DNA from: an uncultured Verrucomicrobiae bacterium
GTDB lineage: Bacteria; Verrucomicrobiota; Verrucomicrobiia; Chthoniobacterales; JAFAMB01
NCBI GenBank assembly: GCA_963782115.1
Contig: CAWAIK010000004.1
Span: forward strand, 32,001-96,000
Length of the DNA stretch: 64,000 bases
Direction: 5' to 3'
The notes below the pieces were generated by a model. It saw only the letters and a program-made list of their open reading frames with translations, had not been told where the DNA came from and ran no database searches. Both the position numbers and the translations under genes were made by a program. Positions 22,359-32,663 of the stretch are shown in pieces; the first letter of the stretch is position 1, and each line of letters begins with the position of its first letter.

Positions 22359-23018
22359 ATGACGCAGGGAAATCAAGAACCACTCATAGCACAGAGATTA
22401 AGTTGGACTCCGGTCTCGGGGTGCCGCCGCGGAGCCTTTCCAGTTCTCGTCGCGTTGCTGTTCCTCGGACTGGGTTGCTCGACTGTGCACCGAGAACTCG
22501 CAGTTCCTAACGTGCGACAAGCAACAGCCTACACCTGCGGCGTAGCGGCCCTTCAGGGTGTGCTCGCCTATTACGGGATGCAAACTCGCGAGGATCGCCT
22601 CGCGCGGGAAGTCGGTGCTGATCCTGACAAAGGCGTGAACCCACCGGCGATCGTCAGGGCCGCACGGGCTCGTGGTTTGACCGCTGAACTGCGGGAGGGA
22701 ATGACAGTCCGTGAGATAGCAGAGATCGTTCGCACAGGATCGCCTGTGCTTGTCGCGCTCCAAGCTTGGTCGGACAAGCCACGTTCGAGCTACCGGGAGG
22801 ATTGGGACGACGGTCACTACGCGATCATCGTTGCCGTCAACCAGGACGTTGTTGTTTTCGAAGACCCGTCGGTACTTGGCAGCCGCGCAGTACTGAGCCG
22901 ACGGGAATTCGAAGACCGCTGGCACGATACGGACGGCACGCGCCGCTACGTGCGGATGGGCATTATCTTCAGCGGCAGGACCCCTGCTCCGCCGCCGGCT
23001 CAGGTCCCGATGGAGTGA
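22359..23018 (+). CDS. C39-family cysteine peptidase, probable lipoprotein
   Basis: Hydrophobic stretch plus LGLGC lipobox; RQ..YTCGVAAL, GHYAII, EDP. Confidence 0.85.
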   Translation: MTQGNQEPLIAQRLSWTPVSGCRRGAFPVLVALLFLGLGCSTVHRELAVPNVRQATAYTCGVAALQGVLAYYGMQTREDRLAREVGADPDKGVNPPAIVRAARARGLTAELREGMTVREIAEIVRTGSPVLVALQAWSDKPRSSYREDWDDGHYAIIVAVNQDVVVFEDPSVLGSRAVLSRREFEDRWHDTDGTRRYVRMGIIFSGRTPAPPPAQVPME

Positions 23019-23246
23019 AGGTTCTCGCCGCATCGCGTAGTTTGCGCGCAACATCCTGGGGACAAAAACCAACGTTACGTGAGTGCGCCATGGGCGGTGT
23101 GTGGAAATTCCGCCCCGCCTCCAAGCTTGAGGGGCTGGCCCAACGCTCAGTGCATCGCCATGTCCCAGCATCGGTGTCAATAAACGCTCGAAACGTGGGT
23201 TGAACGAAGCCGCTACGCGGAGTCCATGAGTGGCGGGCGTGAGCGG

Positions 23247-24180
23247 TGAAGATTACGAGCCAAATACATCCGGGACCTGGTCATTCATGGCCGCTCAGAA
23301 CACACTCAGGAAGCCTATACAAGGTACGTCTGTGATCTGGCACGCTATTATCGCCGTTCGCCAGAGCTGATCTCCTACGAGGAAGTCACGGGCTGGCTGT
23401 ATCATCTCATCAAGGAGCGCCAACTGTCAGCCTCCAGGTGGCTCTTTCTCGGCAAAAAAGCGGACTGTCATGACCCGCTTTACCCTGACGTTGCGTTCGC
23501 CAGTAGTTCACTAACTCTTTGAGCAAACGCTCGCTTAGCGGCAGAACGCGTCCCTTGGCGCCCTTGCCGTCACGTACTCGCAACTGCATACGGGCGCGGT
23601 CGATGTCGCTGGTCTTGAGCTGTGTGGCCTTCGAAATTCGCAGCCCGCAGCCATAGACGGTCATCAAGAGCACCCGGTGGCGCGGCTGTCTGGGCGCAGT
23701 CAAGATCGCTTCGACCTCGCGGACTGACATGGAGACGCTCTGTCCATCGGTGCAGAGCAGCGCCGAGGCTGCCCGTGACCAGTTAACCTTGGGCGGCATC
23801 CTGCGCGCTTTTTTACCCCTTCTGCTACATCTGCTCAAGTTGGGCGCCCACAAGCTGCGGGTGCTCTGGCAGCTTGCTGCCTGTGGTACACCGGCATTGG
23901 GCGCCAATCTTTTCCATCCCCTGCCAGTAAACGATGCAGGCCAGGATCAGGTTCAGGCAGCTGCAGGTATTCATCTGCTCCCACAGCTCGCGGGCGTCAA
24001 TCCGGCCCCGCCGCCCGTAAAAGACATCTCTGGCCAAGGCGTGGGTTGCTCGACCTTGAGAAGGCCGCGGCGGATTCGGCGGCGCAGCTCTGGCTCCGAG
24101 AGGTACCGGCGGAACTCAATTCCCTGATGCTAGCCAACCAGCGCAAACTTTACCCGCTCTTGTTCGACTGCGCCGCACTG
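23247..24180. mobile_element. Scrambled IS91-type integrase/transposase relic containing a Tn3 fragment
   Basis: + integrase N-terminus (RSEHTQEAY..YYRRSPELI); - catalytic part (YGCGLRIS..GKGAK); + IS91 pieces (ACGTPALG, VPAELN..LYPLLF); - Tn3 C-terminus (CLNLILACIVYWQ). Confidence 0.75.
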
Positions 24181-24435
24181 GCCAGTATATCCTCGACCGA
24201 AAGCTCGTCCGCCAGCGCCGTCGCACAAAAAGAGTCGGCCTTAGCGTATAAAATTACACGAATCTCTCTAGTACCCTCGTTACCCCAACTTGCCATTGGC
24301 AGGACTTTTAAAACTTCCTCTAAGCGTCCAAAATCGGCTGAAGAAACATACGCCAAAACCTTTGTTGGAATTTAACCCAAGCCAACAAAGCGGCGTAAAC
24401 CCCACGGGAATCTCCCGCTCTCGGACGCGAATGCA

Positions 24436-25761
24436 TTACGGGCAATTCACGTGCTCAAATGCTTTTTGCACCAAAGCGCGCTCCTCGGCACTCGGCGCGA
24501 GCTTTTCCAGCAGACGCAAAGCTTGGACCCAAGTGGTCGCGTGCGAGGCGACCTCCTTCGGCGCCATCGCCACGGCCGCGTCGTACAGCTCGGCCGCCTT
24601 CGCAAAATCGCGTTGGATGAGTAAAGCCTCAGCTACCGTCGCGGTCTTCCAGTAGTCGTTCGGATGCTTGTCGGTGCCGACGATTTCTTGCACGCCGCGG
24701 GCGTAGGCGACGCCTTTGTCCAGCTCCTCCGGACTGCCGAGCAAGACGCTCTTCGTCGCGGCGTTGATGCCGGTGTAATAGTCGTCCTGGGCCGCCTCGA
24801 ACGCTTCGGCATACAGGTCACGCGCCTGCCGCAGATCGGCGAGGTCGCCGGATGCGTCGTAGCGGTCCATCCACGTCCGACCGTAAATGCCGAGCGTTTC
24901 CGGATCACGCTCGCGCGACTCGTAAAGCACGCCGACGATGTCCTGAGCGGCCATCAAGTCTTTCTCATACGCAGCATCTCCCGCCTTGCGCCGTTGCTGG
25001 GCGCGTCGCGCGAGCGCCAGGGCGCGAAGCTGTTTGGGCCGAATCGACCGGGGGAAGTCCTTCTCAAGCGCATCGAGCATCTGAATTGCCTCCTCGTTGC
25101 GGCCGAATTTGGTGAGCCCTTCCGCTGCCTTGCAGCCAAGCGCGGATGAGGTCTGCCAAGGCGGCCCATCATCGCTGAAGAGTTGCATGAGCCGGTCGGG
25201 GCGCCCCTGCTTGATGGCCGCGGCGATTTGTGCCGCAGCCAGTTTGCTGGCCTCATCCTGTACGTTGGCGAAGTGCGCCGCCTCCGGGCTCAATGGCTGA
25301 CCCACGATGGCATGCAGCAAGCGCAGCAGCTCGCCGCCATTGGGCCCGTCCGGGTAGGTGCTGAAATCGAGGAAGACTCGAGTGGTCGCGAAGGTGGGCA
25401 GCTCAGAGGCATCAAGCCGGACGGGCACGAATTGAAAGCTTGGCTTTTTCGTGGTCCTGGCCTCCATGGTGGAATACTCGCGGAACACCCAGTCCGAATC
25501 GGCCGCCGCGCTGGACCAGACGAGAACGCCGGCTTGGCTGCTAGTGAGTCCCGCCTCGAGGTTCTTAATCAATGGGTCTCCGGCCTTCAGCACGCATTGA
25601 TCGAGAAAGGCTTCGTGCCCGTGCGCGCGCAGGACGTCGTAGAGATTGAGCACCCACGCCCGGTTCACCGAGCGATAGGAGAGGAACACGTGGTACTTGT
25701 CACCGCCGGTGAGCGGCCGTGGCTTGGGTACGAATTTCGCCCATTCGATAGGAAAGCTCAT
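24436..25761 (-). CDS. TIR domain plus TPR-sensor protein, copy 2
   Basis: Colinear paralog of 20746-22047 (VFLSYRSVNRAWVLNLYDVLR, DWVFRE, RDPETLGIYGRTWMDRY). Confidence 0.85.
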   Translation of the reverse strand: MSFPIEWAKFVPKPRPLTGGDKYHVFLSYRSVNRAWVLNLYDVLRAHGHEAFLDQCVLKAGDPLIKNLEAGLTSSQAGVLVWSSAAADSDWVFREYSTMEARTTKKPSFQFVPVRLDASELPTFATTRVFLDFSTYPDGPNGGELLRLLHAIVGQPLSPEAAHFANVQDEASKLAAAQIAAAIKQGRPDRLMQLFSDDGPPWQTSSALGCKAAEGLTKFGRNEEAIQMLDALEKDFPRSIRPKQLRALALARRAQQRRKAGDAAYEKDLMAAQDIVGVLYESRERDPETLGIYGRTWMDRYDASGDLADLRQARDLYAEAFEAAQDDYYTGINAATKSVLLGSPEELDKGVAYARGVQEIVGTDKHPNDYWKTATVAEALLIQRDFAKAAELYDAAVAMAPKEVASHATTWVQALRLLEKLAPSAEERALVQKAFEHVNCP

Positions 25762-26375
25762 TGCATATCTCCTTTCGCGCGAGAAGGGACGGACACCCCG
25801 TGCGCCCGCTCACGCGCTCTCCGCTTGTAGAAGAGAGCGCAGCGCCGCGTCAATTTTCATCCACTACGCCGCAAATGGCAAACGCGACGGCACCCGGCAG
25901 CCGGGCAACGCGAGGTTTTTGGGTCGCAAGAGCGGTTTACGGAGGGTCCGGGGGCGGGATTCGCTTCCCTGAGGTGCAGTCGGGAGGCTTTGTCCAGCCA
26001 AGCCTGGATTTCCACACCTCCCAGGGAGGACCCGATCGGGTGATGCTGAGTCCATAGCAGGGGTACTATGAAGCTCACGCCAGAAAGCTCCCGCAACTCC
26101 TGTTTGAGATTTCAATCCAGATCAGGGAGAAAATTGTTCTACGCTTGGCCTGTTCGTCAGCGGATTAGGCTGATAACATCAGCCAACGGGTTCTAATCTA
26201 AAATGGGAACCGCCCGGAGAATCCGGTTGCCGCTCCCCTGCTCTCCTGCTCTTCCCTTCCCCACCCTCCTACCTATTTTCCCGGCGACTGTGAAATGTTC
26301 CAATACAGGAGCGAGCGTCCGTACGTATCCGCCTCGAAGCTTGCCGAAATTTGACTAGCCGGATAAATTGCCGAC

Positions 26376-26549
26376 ATGAGCACAGTTAACGAGATCGAGG
26401 CGGCTATTGAGAGACTGCCCTCAGACGAACTGCGCGCACTGGTAAATTGGATCGAAGAATACGCTGCGGCAATCGGCGCTTCTGAATCTCTGTTCGGAAT
26501 GTACGACCCTGAGGAGGAGCAGAGCGGTGCCGAGAGCCTGGCCATATGA
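26376..26549 (+). CDS. Small antitoxin-like helical protein (57 aa, not in the ORF track)
   Basis: MSTVNEIEAAIERLPSDELRALVNWIEEY...; ATGA overlap with the next gene. Confidence 0.6.
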   Translation: MSTVNEIEAAIERLPSDELRALVNWIEEYAAAIGASESLFGMYDPEEEQSGAESLAI

Positions 26550-26986
26550 ACGACGGGGTAGAAGCGTTTCGGTTTCGACTTCAGAAGGAGCTAGGGCTGT
26601 CAATCAGTCCGAAAGATCCGCTCCTGGCGCAGTGGCTATCGCAAAAGGAGTTGCTGGAAGAAAATGCCGCCGAACACCAGCGATTGCTGAGCGAGTTTCA
26701 AGCTGCACTTGGCCGGAATCAAACCGCTTGGTCCGAGCAGGCGAAAGCGCTCGCACAGCAGAGCTTAAACGCCGGGCTGCAGGCAGCTCAAAATAGCACG
26801 GCGTTACTGCTTGAGGAAGCGGCCCGGATGAACGCAGCGGCGGTGCGCAAGGCGATCGACGAGGGCGCTAGCCGGATAGAGCATTCGTTGGCGGCCGGCC
26901 GCCGGATCGCTTGGCTGAGTTTGACGGCCGCGGTCATGGCTTTAGCAGCGGTGGTCTGCGCCATCGTTGTGCACGTGATTCACTGA
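26546..26986 (+). CDS. traM: IncP TraM-like conjugation protein
   Basis: GLSISPKDPLL..W..QAK..A..SLNA pattern plus C-terminal TM. Confidence 0.55.
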   Translation: MNDGVEAFRFRLQKELGLSISPKDPLLAQWLSQKELLEENAAEHQRLLSEFQAALGRNQTAWSEQAKALAQQSLNAGLQAAQNSTALLLEEAARMNAAAVRKAIDEGASRIEHSLAAGRRIAWLSLTAAVMALAAVVCAIVVHVIH

Positions 26987-27399
26987 ATAGGATTGGTTTG
27001 AAAAAAATGCGAGACGAAAGCAGCGGGAGGAGTGCCGTTTGACAAAGGAAGTGGAACGACGGTGCCTCCATCGGCTTGGGTAGCGTAGCATGGCTCAAAC
27101 CGACAACATCCTCGATTACATTCGGGCTGGACCAGATTAATGAGAATAGCCACTTTTCCTTCAGGGTGGCTCTCGATGGAGTTCGGTTGATTCCGATTCT
27201 CAACGCGCCGTCTTTTTCGAGCAGGAAGTCTTCCCTTCATCGCGATCCATAGCGATAATCTGGCCAAGTGGATCGGGGCCACCGTATGAAAAGTCTTTCT
27301 TTCCCATAGCACGAATGATAAGCAATTCGTGCAGAGCCCCTCGCTGACGAACTCAAACGCGAGCCAGATCGAGCCGTGGCTCTGCGAGATCGATATTGA

Positions 27400-27820
27400 A
27401 TTGGGCGATAATTTCGTTGCAGAAATCGAGGAAGGTCTGCGCGACCACGCCCTTATTGCGGTCATGGTCTACAGCTTCGCTCGCGTCTCGGCCCGTCGTG
27501 GGCCTGAAAGTGGAAGATTATTTCCCGCTCAAAAAAACTGTTCCGCGCTGCTATTGGGAGGACGGGCAAGCTTTCCGACCGGCCGATGTCGCGCGTCGAT
27601 GCGTGGTACATGGTGCGCAGGCGCACAGCAGATGTCGGAATCGACGCGGCGATAGGCAATCATTCCTTCCGCGCCATCGGCATCACTGACTATATGGAAA
27701 ACGGCGGGAACATTACCATTGCGCAGTGCATGGCCGGACACGCCAATATTAAAACGACGCAGGTTATGACCGGCGCGCTGATAAGATCAGTTTCAGCGAG
27801 ATTGAGCGGGTGGGGATTTG
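27400..27820 (+). pseudogene. Degraded tyrosine recombinase, homolog of 49653-50648
   Basis: GLRDHALIAVMVYSFARV, IGNHSFRAIGIT, GHANIKTT spread over several frames. Confidence 0.8.
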
Positions 27821-28017
27821 AGAGCGAACTTACGGTCAGGATTTGAAAGGGCGAAGTCGCTGTATTGCTGAGGAGTTGTCGACCGTCGAAAGGCTAGGCT
27901 AGGCCTGGTTTATGAAAATCGGGCCGTGCGCGTTTGAACGAGTCAAGCCTCATCGACAACGATGCCGGAGTCGTCGAAGCTGAAAACCTCATGCTCGACG
28001 TTGTCGGCCCAGAGGGA

Positions 28018-28899
28018 TCACTTTGTCGAGTGTGTCGACGAAAGAGGGGTTAGTGGCAAAATCTGTGCCTCGACTGGCTGGCCATAGCGTCGTGAGCCAA
28101 TTCCCCAAAGGCCTATGTCGGCGAAGACTGTCCCAGTAACAGCCGGCATCTGAGTGAACGGCTTAGGCAGAAGCAGGACTTGGCCAACCGTTTGATCACC
28201 AACCAACAACCCGTCAGGCCCATTAGTAAATGTCCACTGGGAGACATCGTCATTCGACCCGGTGGTAATCAGCAAAGGACTTAATACTTTAAATCGAAGG
28301 CGCATCGCAATGTCCGATGTAATCGAAAAGTCAGCTTTTAAGCCACATGCCGTGAGAGCGGCTTTAATCCACGACATCCACTCGTTCATACCTGGATATG
28401 TATCGGGTTTATGGACGTCAGCCATGTCATCAGACAAAGGAGCCGTTACGCCCGTCGGTCCGAAGCTGCCACGCCACTCCGCTGAGCCATCACCAGCTTG
28501 CAGCAGAGAAGTTTCCGGAAATACGGAAGCAACTCTCGTCCGCGGAGAATCCTTTAAGGAAACCCTCAGCCCAAAGCGGCAGACGTTCCTTATGTCTCCT
28601 CGGTTTTGAATGCCAACCGTGTACAGGATTACCCAGGGCTCGAAGGCCTGAAGGTAGTCGGCGTACTTGTTCGGAAAGCGCTTGCCTCCTTGTCGGGCGG
28701 CCCAGAGTAACGGAAACGCTATTGGGCGTCTGCCAAAGCGAAGGCTGATTCCTCCATCATAAATGTCGTCCTCCCCGGCGGCAGCGACCTTACCGAAGGT
28801 AGCTCCCTTACCGGGCAATCCGGGCGAGAGGGCCTCGAGGCGTGTAAAATCAATAATTTCCTGACTAAAGGATTTGCAGATCTCGTTATTAGTTTTCAT
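28018..28899 (-). CDS. Hypothetical beta-rich protein, co-oriented downstream of the CHAT-like gene
   Basis: 293-aa ORF starting 33 bp after the upstream stop; alternating beta-strand patterns. Confidence 0.7.
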   Translation of the reverse strand: MKTNNEICKSFSQEIIDFTRLEALSPGLPGKGATFGKVAAAGEDDIYDGGISLRFGRRPIAFPLLWAARQGGKRFPNKYADYLQAFEPWVILYTVGIQNRGDIRNVCRFGLRVSLKDSPRTRVASVFPETSLLQAGDGSAEWRGSFGPTGVTAPLSDDMADVHKPDTYPGMNEWMSWIKAALTACGLKADFSITSDIAMRLRFKVLSPLLITTGSNDDVSQWTFTNGPDGLLVGDQTVGQVLLLPKPFTQMPAVTGTVFADIGLWGIGSRRYGQPVEAQILPLTPLSSTHSTK

Positions 28900-28932
28900 G
28901 GGGAAAAAGTAAGGATGGCCGTTTTTCCGGAG

Positions 28933-31900
28933 CTAGCTGACCTGAATGATCAAATTCTGGCGCAGTTTGATGAAAGCTCGAGCTTCTTGGTCAGTGAGAG
29001 CCGATTTCTCGAGGTTTGTTAAAGCTTGACTGATCAGAGCTTCTAACTGAATTGCTTGCGTAGGGTGTTTGAGTGCAAGTGCCTGGCCTATTTCATGAAG
29101 AAGCTGAATTGCTAAGTTGGCCGAAATTTCTGTGCTAAATCGGACGACAACGGCGGCACCGCAGCGTTTAATAAGCGCCGAGCAAAAAGCGGCATCTGTG
29201 GCTGTGCCGCACGAATTAAAGAAGACTGCTTTGTCTCTAAGCACGCCTGATTTTGCTAATTCTTGCGCGCAGTTTCGAAGGTCAGCATTTTTATGCGCGC
29301 TTAAGACCACAACATTCTGGCTGATGAGTTCAGAAGACGTGGTGGTCGTCGAAAAACCTGAACTGACAGCAATTGAAGGCACATCAAAACCATGCGTTAC
29401 GAAACTGCCGTCTGTGTAGACAGAGATATCACTTTGAGAACGAACCAGCGGTCGGTTCTCGATGTGCTCAACCGCTGCTTGCGGATCGCCATCAACAAAG
29501 ACCGGAAGTCTGTTCGCGGTCTCATCGCGAATCTGATCATGAATAAAACGCGTGATTCTGTCCAAATCGGCTGCATCCTCGTGCTTCCAAGGCCGTATTT
29601 CCTGAAGTACGACGAGAGCGCGACTATTGTGGAATTCGGTGCGCAGGGCGCTTCGCCATTCGTCTTCTGTCAACAGGGTCGGACTGGCGTCACCTGGCAA
29701 AAACAACAGCGTCGGACTGGCGTCACCTTGGGAAAACAAGTCGCTAAGCCCCTGTAACAAGAAGGCGACTTTGTGCTGGGTACTGAGTTGCTGCAACAAA
29801 GCGTTGCGTGATTGGCTGTACGCCTTGAGGAAGTGGCTTAAGGGCTCCAAGACTAATGACCGCTTGGAGTTATTATCTTCAGGGTAGGGCGCCGCCTCAC
29901 CGTCGCTTGCTATGCCAGGCGTTTTCGGCGGCTTACCGCTTCCACCGCCGCTCGAGTGCAAAACAAGGAGATTTTCTTCGCGATCGGAAATCAGCCACGC
30001 AGGAAATTCAGCTAGCTGAAGGAGACCTTCGGGTTGATACCGATCCATTTCACGCATCACCGCAGCCCGAAGGTCCAAGGGCGCCACTGGATGAATACCC
30101 AGCGCGTGAGCGATATCATCGATGTTCACCCCGGAGTGGAGAACACTTTGCACTAATGCTGATGACGTAGTATCGGCCCATGCAGCCAACTGCCAGTCCA
30201 ACAGTGACTTGGCGGTATGTTGCGAGATTTTTATTAAGGCTTCGGGGTACAGGCGGGTCGCCGGATCGTCCTCCATCCAAGTGTCGACGGCAAGAGCGAC
30301 CGGACCGGAGATGTGAATGCTCACTGGGTGAGTGGTTAAACGCGTCTTCTTTTATGATTTGACGCGAGAAGCGCTTCAGCACTTAATCCGCAGCCATTTC
30401 CGATTTCATTTGTAGCCATACATTTTGTATTTATTTAGTTGATCTCAACTGATTAATTTGCTTTTGTAGTAGCCATCAAACGCAAACCCCTTCCCCTTCA
30501 TCTCGAAATTCAGCGCCACCGCGGTAATCCGGTCGGCCTCATCCGCTCTTCCTATCGCGAGAACGGCAAAGTCAAACATTCCACCCACGGCCGCATCACC
30601 GGCCTGAGCTTAGAGCAACTCAAATTGTTGCAGGCGGCCTTCCGCGGCGATGTGGTCCCTAAGGGCTCCGCAGAGGAATTTCCAGATCCTCGCCTCCAAG
30701 GAATACGGGGCCAGCTATGCACTGCTGGAGTTGGCCAAAGAACTTGGACTGGACCGCGCTCTTTACTCGCGCAAAGAAGCCTGGGTCCAGGATTGCCTGG
30801 CGATGATCGTCGGACGCATCGTCTACGCTGGGAGCAAATTGGCGCTCTCCAACCAGTGGAAGAACACCGCTCTGTGGGAACTGTCCGGCGTGGAAGGCAA
30901 AGTCGATGTGGATCTCCATTGTTACCTGCCGATGGACCGGCTCCTGGAACGCCAGAGCGCCATTCAGCGCTCTTTGGCGGCTCGTCATCTCCAGGATGGT
31001 CACCTGGTGCTCTACGACATTACCAGCAGCTACTTTGAAGGAGCCTACACCCAGAGCGACATCGTCATCTTCGGCTACAATCGCGATGGCAAGCGGGGTC
31101 ACGAACAGATGGTGATCGCTTTACTCTGCAGCGCGGAGGGTTGTCCGGTCGGAGTCGAAGTTTTTGCCGGTAACACTCAGGACGCCTCCACGGTGCTTGA
31201 GAAGATTGCGCAGTTGCAGCGCCAATACGGATTGAAAGAAATTATCTTTGTCGGCGACCGCGGGATGATTACCAAAGCGGTAGCTGACAAGATCAAGGAG
31301 ACCGAAGGTCTGCACACCATCTCGGCATTAACCCATCGCCAGATAGTCGAACTGTTGGAACGCAAGGTCATCACGGCGGAACTTTTTGATGAAGAAAAGA
31401 TCGTTGAGGTCTTTGATCCCGAAGAGCCCAAGCGACGCTATTGTCTGTGTCGCAACCCGCAGACGATGGGGCGCGAAGGCAAAACGCGTGAGCGGCTCCT
31501 GGAGCGCACCCGCGCAGAACTTGACAAAATAGCCCGCTCAAAACGTCGGGCCAGCGCCAAGACGCTGGGAGCACGCGTAGGCCGGGTGCTGGAGCGTTCC
31601 AAGATGGGCAAATTCGTCCGCTGGGACGTGATCGATGGACGGCTCTCATGGAGCTTTGACCAAGACAAGATCGAGGCCGAAAAACTCTTCGACGGCTGTT
31701 ACATCGTCAGTGGTGAGGTGCCCAAAGAGAAGATGGCTGCGAGCGAAGTAGTTGCCTCCTATAAAAAGCTAGGCTTAGTCGAGGAAGCGTTCCGCAGTCT
31801 CAAGACCGTGCAACTCGAAGTACGGCCCGTCTACCACAAGACCGATGATCGAATCAGAAGTCACGTCTTCCCGTGCACGCTGGCCTACTACTTGCAGTGG

Positions 31901-32567
31901 CATCTCAAGCAGCGGCTTGAACCTCTATTCGCCGCCGACGGCACCCACAAAGATCGACAATGGACAGTGCGCAACGTGATTGAGCGCCTAGCGGCGATCC
32001 GTCGCGACAAGATCGCGATGGACACTGTGGAGTTCGAGAAAGTCACCACGCCTGAACCCGACCAGCAAACCATTCTCGACTATCTCAAAGTGCGTTTGTA
32101 GCCATAATTCCGAAATCTGAAAATTGTTTAAAGTCTTCTTAAACAGTCAGTTGCATGGCAAACAAAAAAGAAAATGCGGTTAAATTGCTGAAGACGACGG
32201 GCAGGCCGCCCCAATAGTTTCCATTTGGGTCGTTCTCATGCCATTCGCGACTCTCGAGTTCGCTTAAACCCCTAAGTTCGACAATCCCATCGTCGAGTGC
32301 CTTCTGGAGGCTCATTCGTGTGCCGCCATTGTCAACATTGGCGTTTTCTACCCCCAACAAGAGGTTTCGATACCGACTCTGGTCATAAGGCGCAGGTAAA
32401 TTCTTGTCGAGGCAGATAGCCTTCGGCGTTTTTTCCGAGCCGGTGCTGCCCTTTGGCGAAAGAACAATATCTTGGGGGCCTTCCAAGGCCGCTCGTTGAA
32501 CCTGAGCGAGTGAGCGCAGCTCAAACGTCATTATCGAGCATATCAGCAGAACCCAATATCTCAGCAT
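28933..32567 (-). pseudogene. 596-aa signal-peptide protein with a C-terminal CHAT/caspase-like domain, interrupted by IS1634
   Basis: Removing 30341-32178 plus one GTTAAA copy joins VFSNL-TTHPVSIH in frame (1791 nt); VVVLSAH...AVFFNSCG resembles a His/Cys dyad. Confidence 0.7.
30341..32178 (+). mobile_element. IS1634-family element; transposase about 30470-32101 with a +1 frameshift near 30680
   Basis: TIRs CGCGTCTTCTTTT / AAAAGAAAATGCG (11/13); GTTAAA direct repeats at 30335-30340 and 32179-32184; LYDITSSYFEG, GYNRDGK, VGDRGM, VEEAFR. Confidence 0.92.
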
Positions 32568-32663
32568 AATATGCTAATATTCAGATGTAATATTATCCGT
32601 CAATAAAATTTAAATGCTTATTTTCGATTTGAAATCGGCTTACGATATGATAGCATAATGCTA
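32563..32663. promoter_or_regulatory. AT-rich divergent promoter with palindromes overlapping both start codons
   Basis: AGCATA-A-TATGCT (32563-32575) and TAGCAT-A-ATGCTA (32651-32663). Confidence 0.6.

Noticed and set aside
30383..30400. IS1634 left end at TTAA-TCCGCAGCC
   Set aside because: The end at 30341 gives a better TIR, a 6-bp TSD and an in-frame reconstruction of the target gene.
30670..30690. Programmed frameshift in the IS1634 transposase
   Set aside because: No canonical slippery heptamer; an extra T (mutation or read error) is the simpler explanation.
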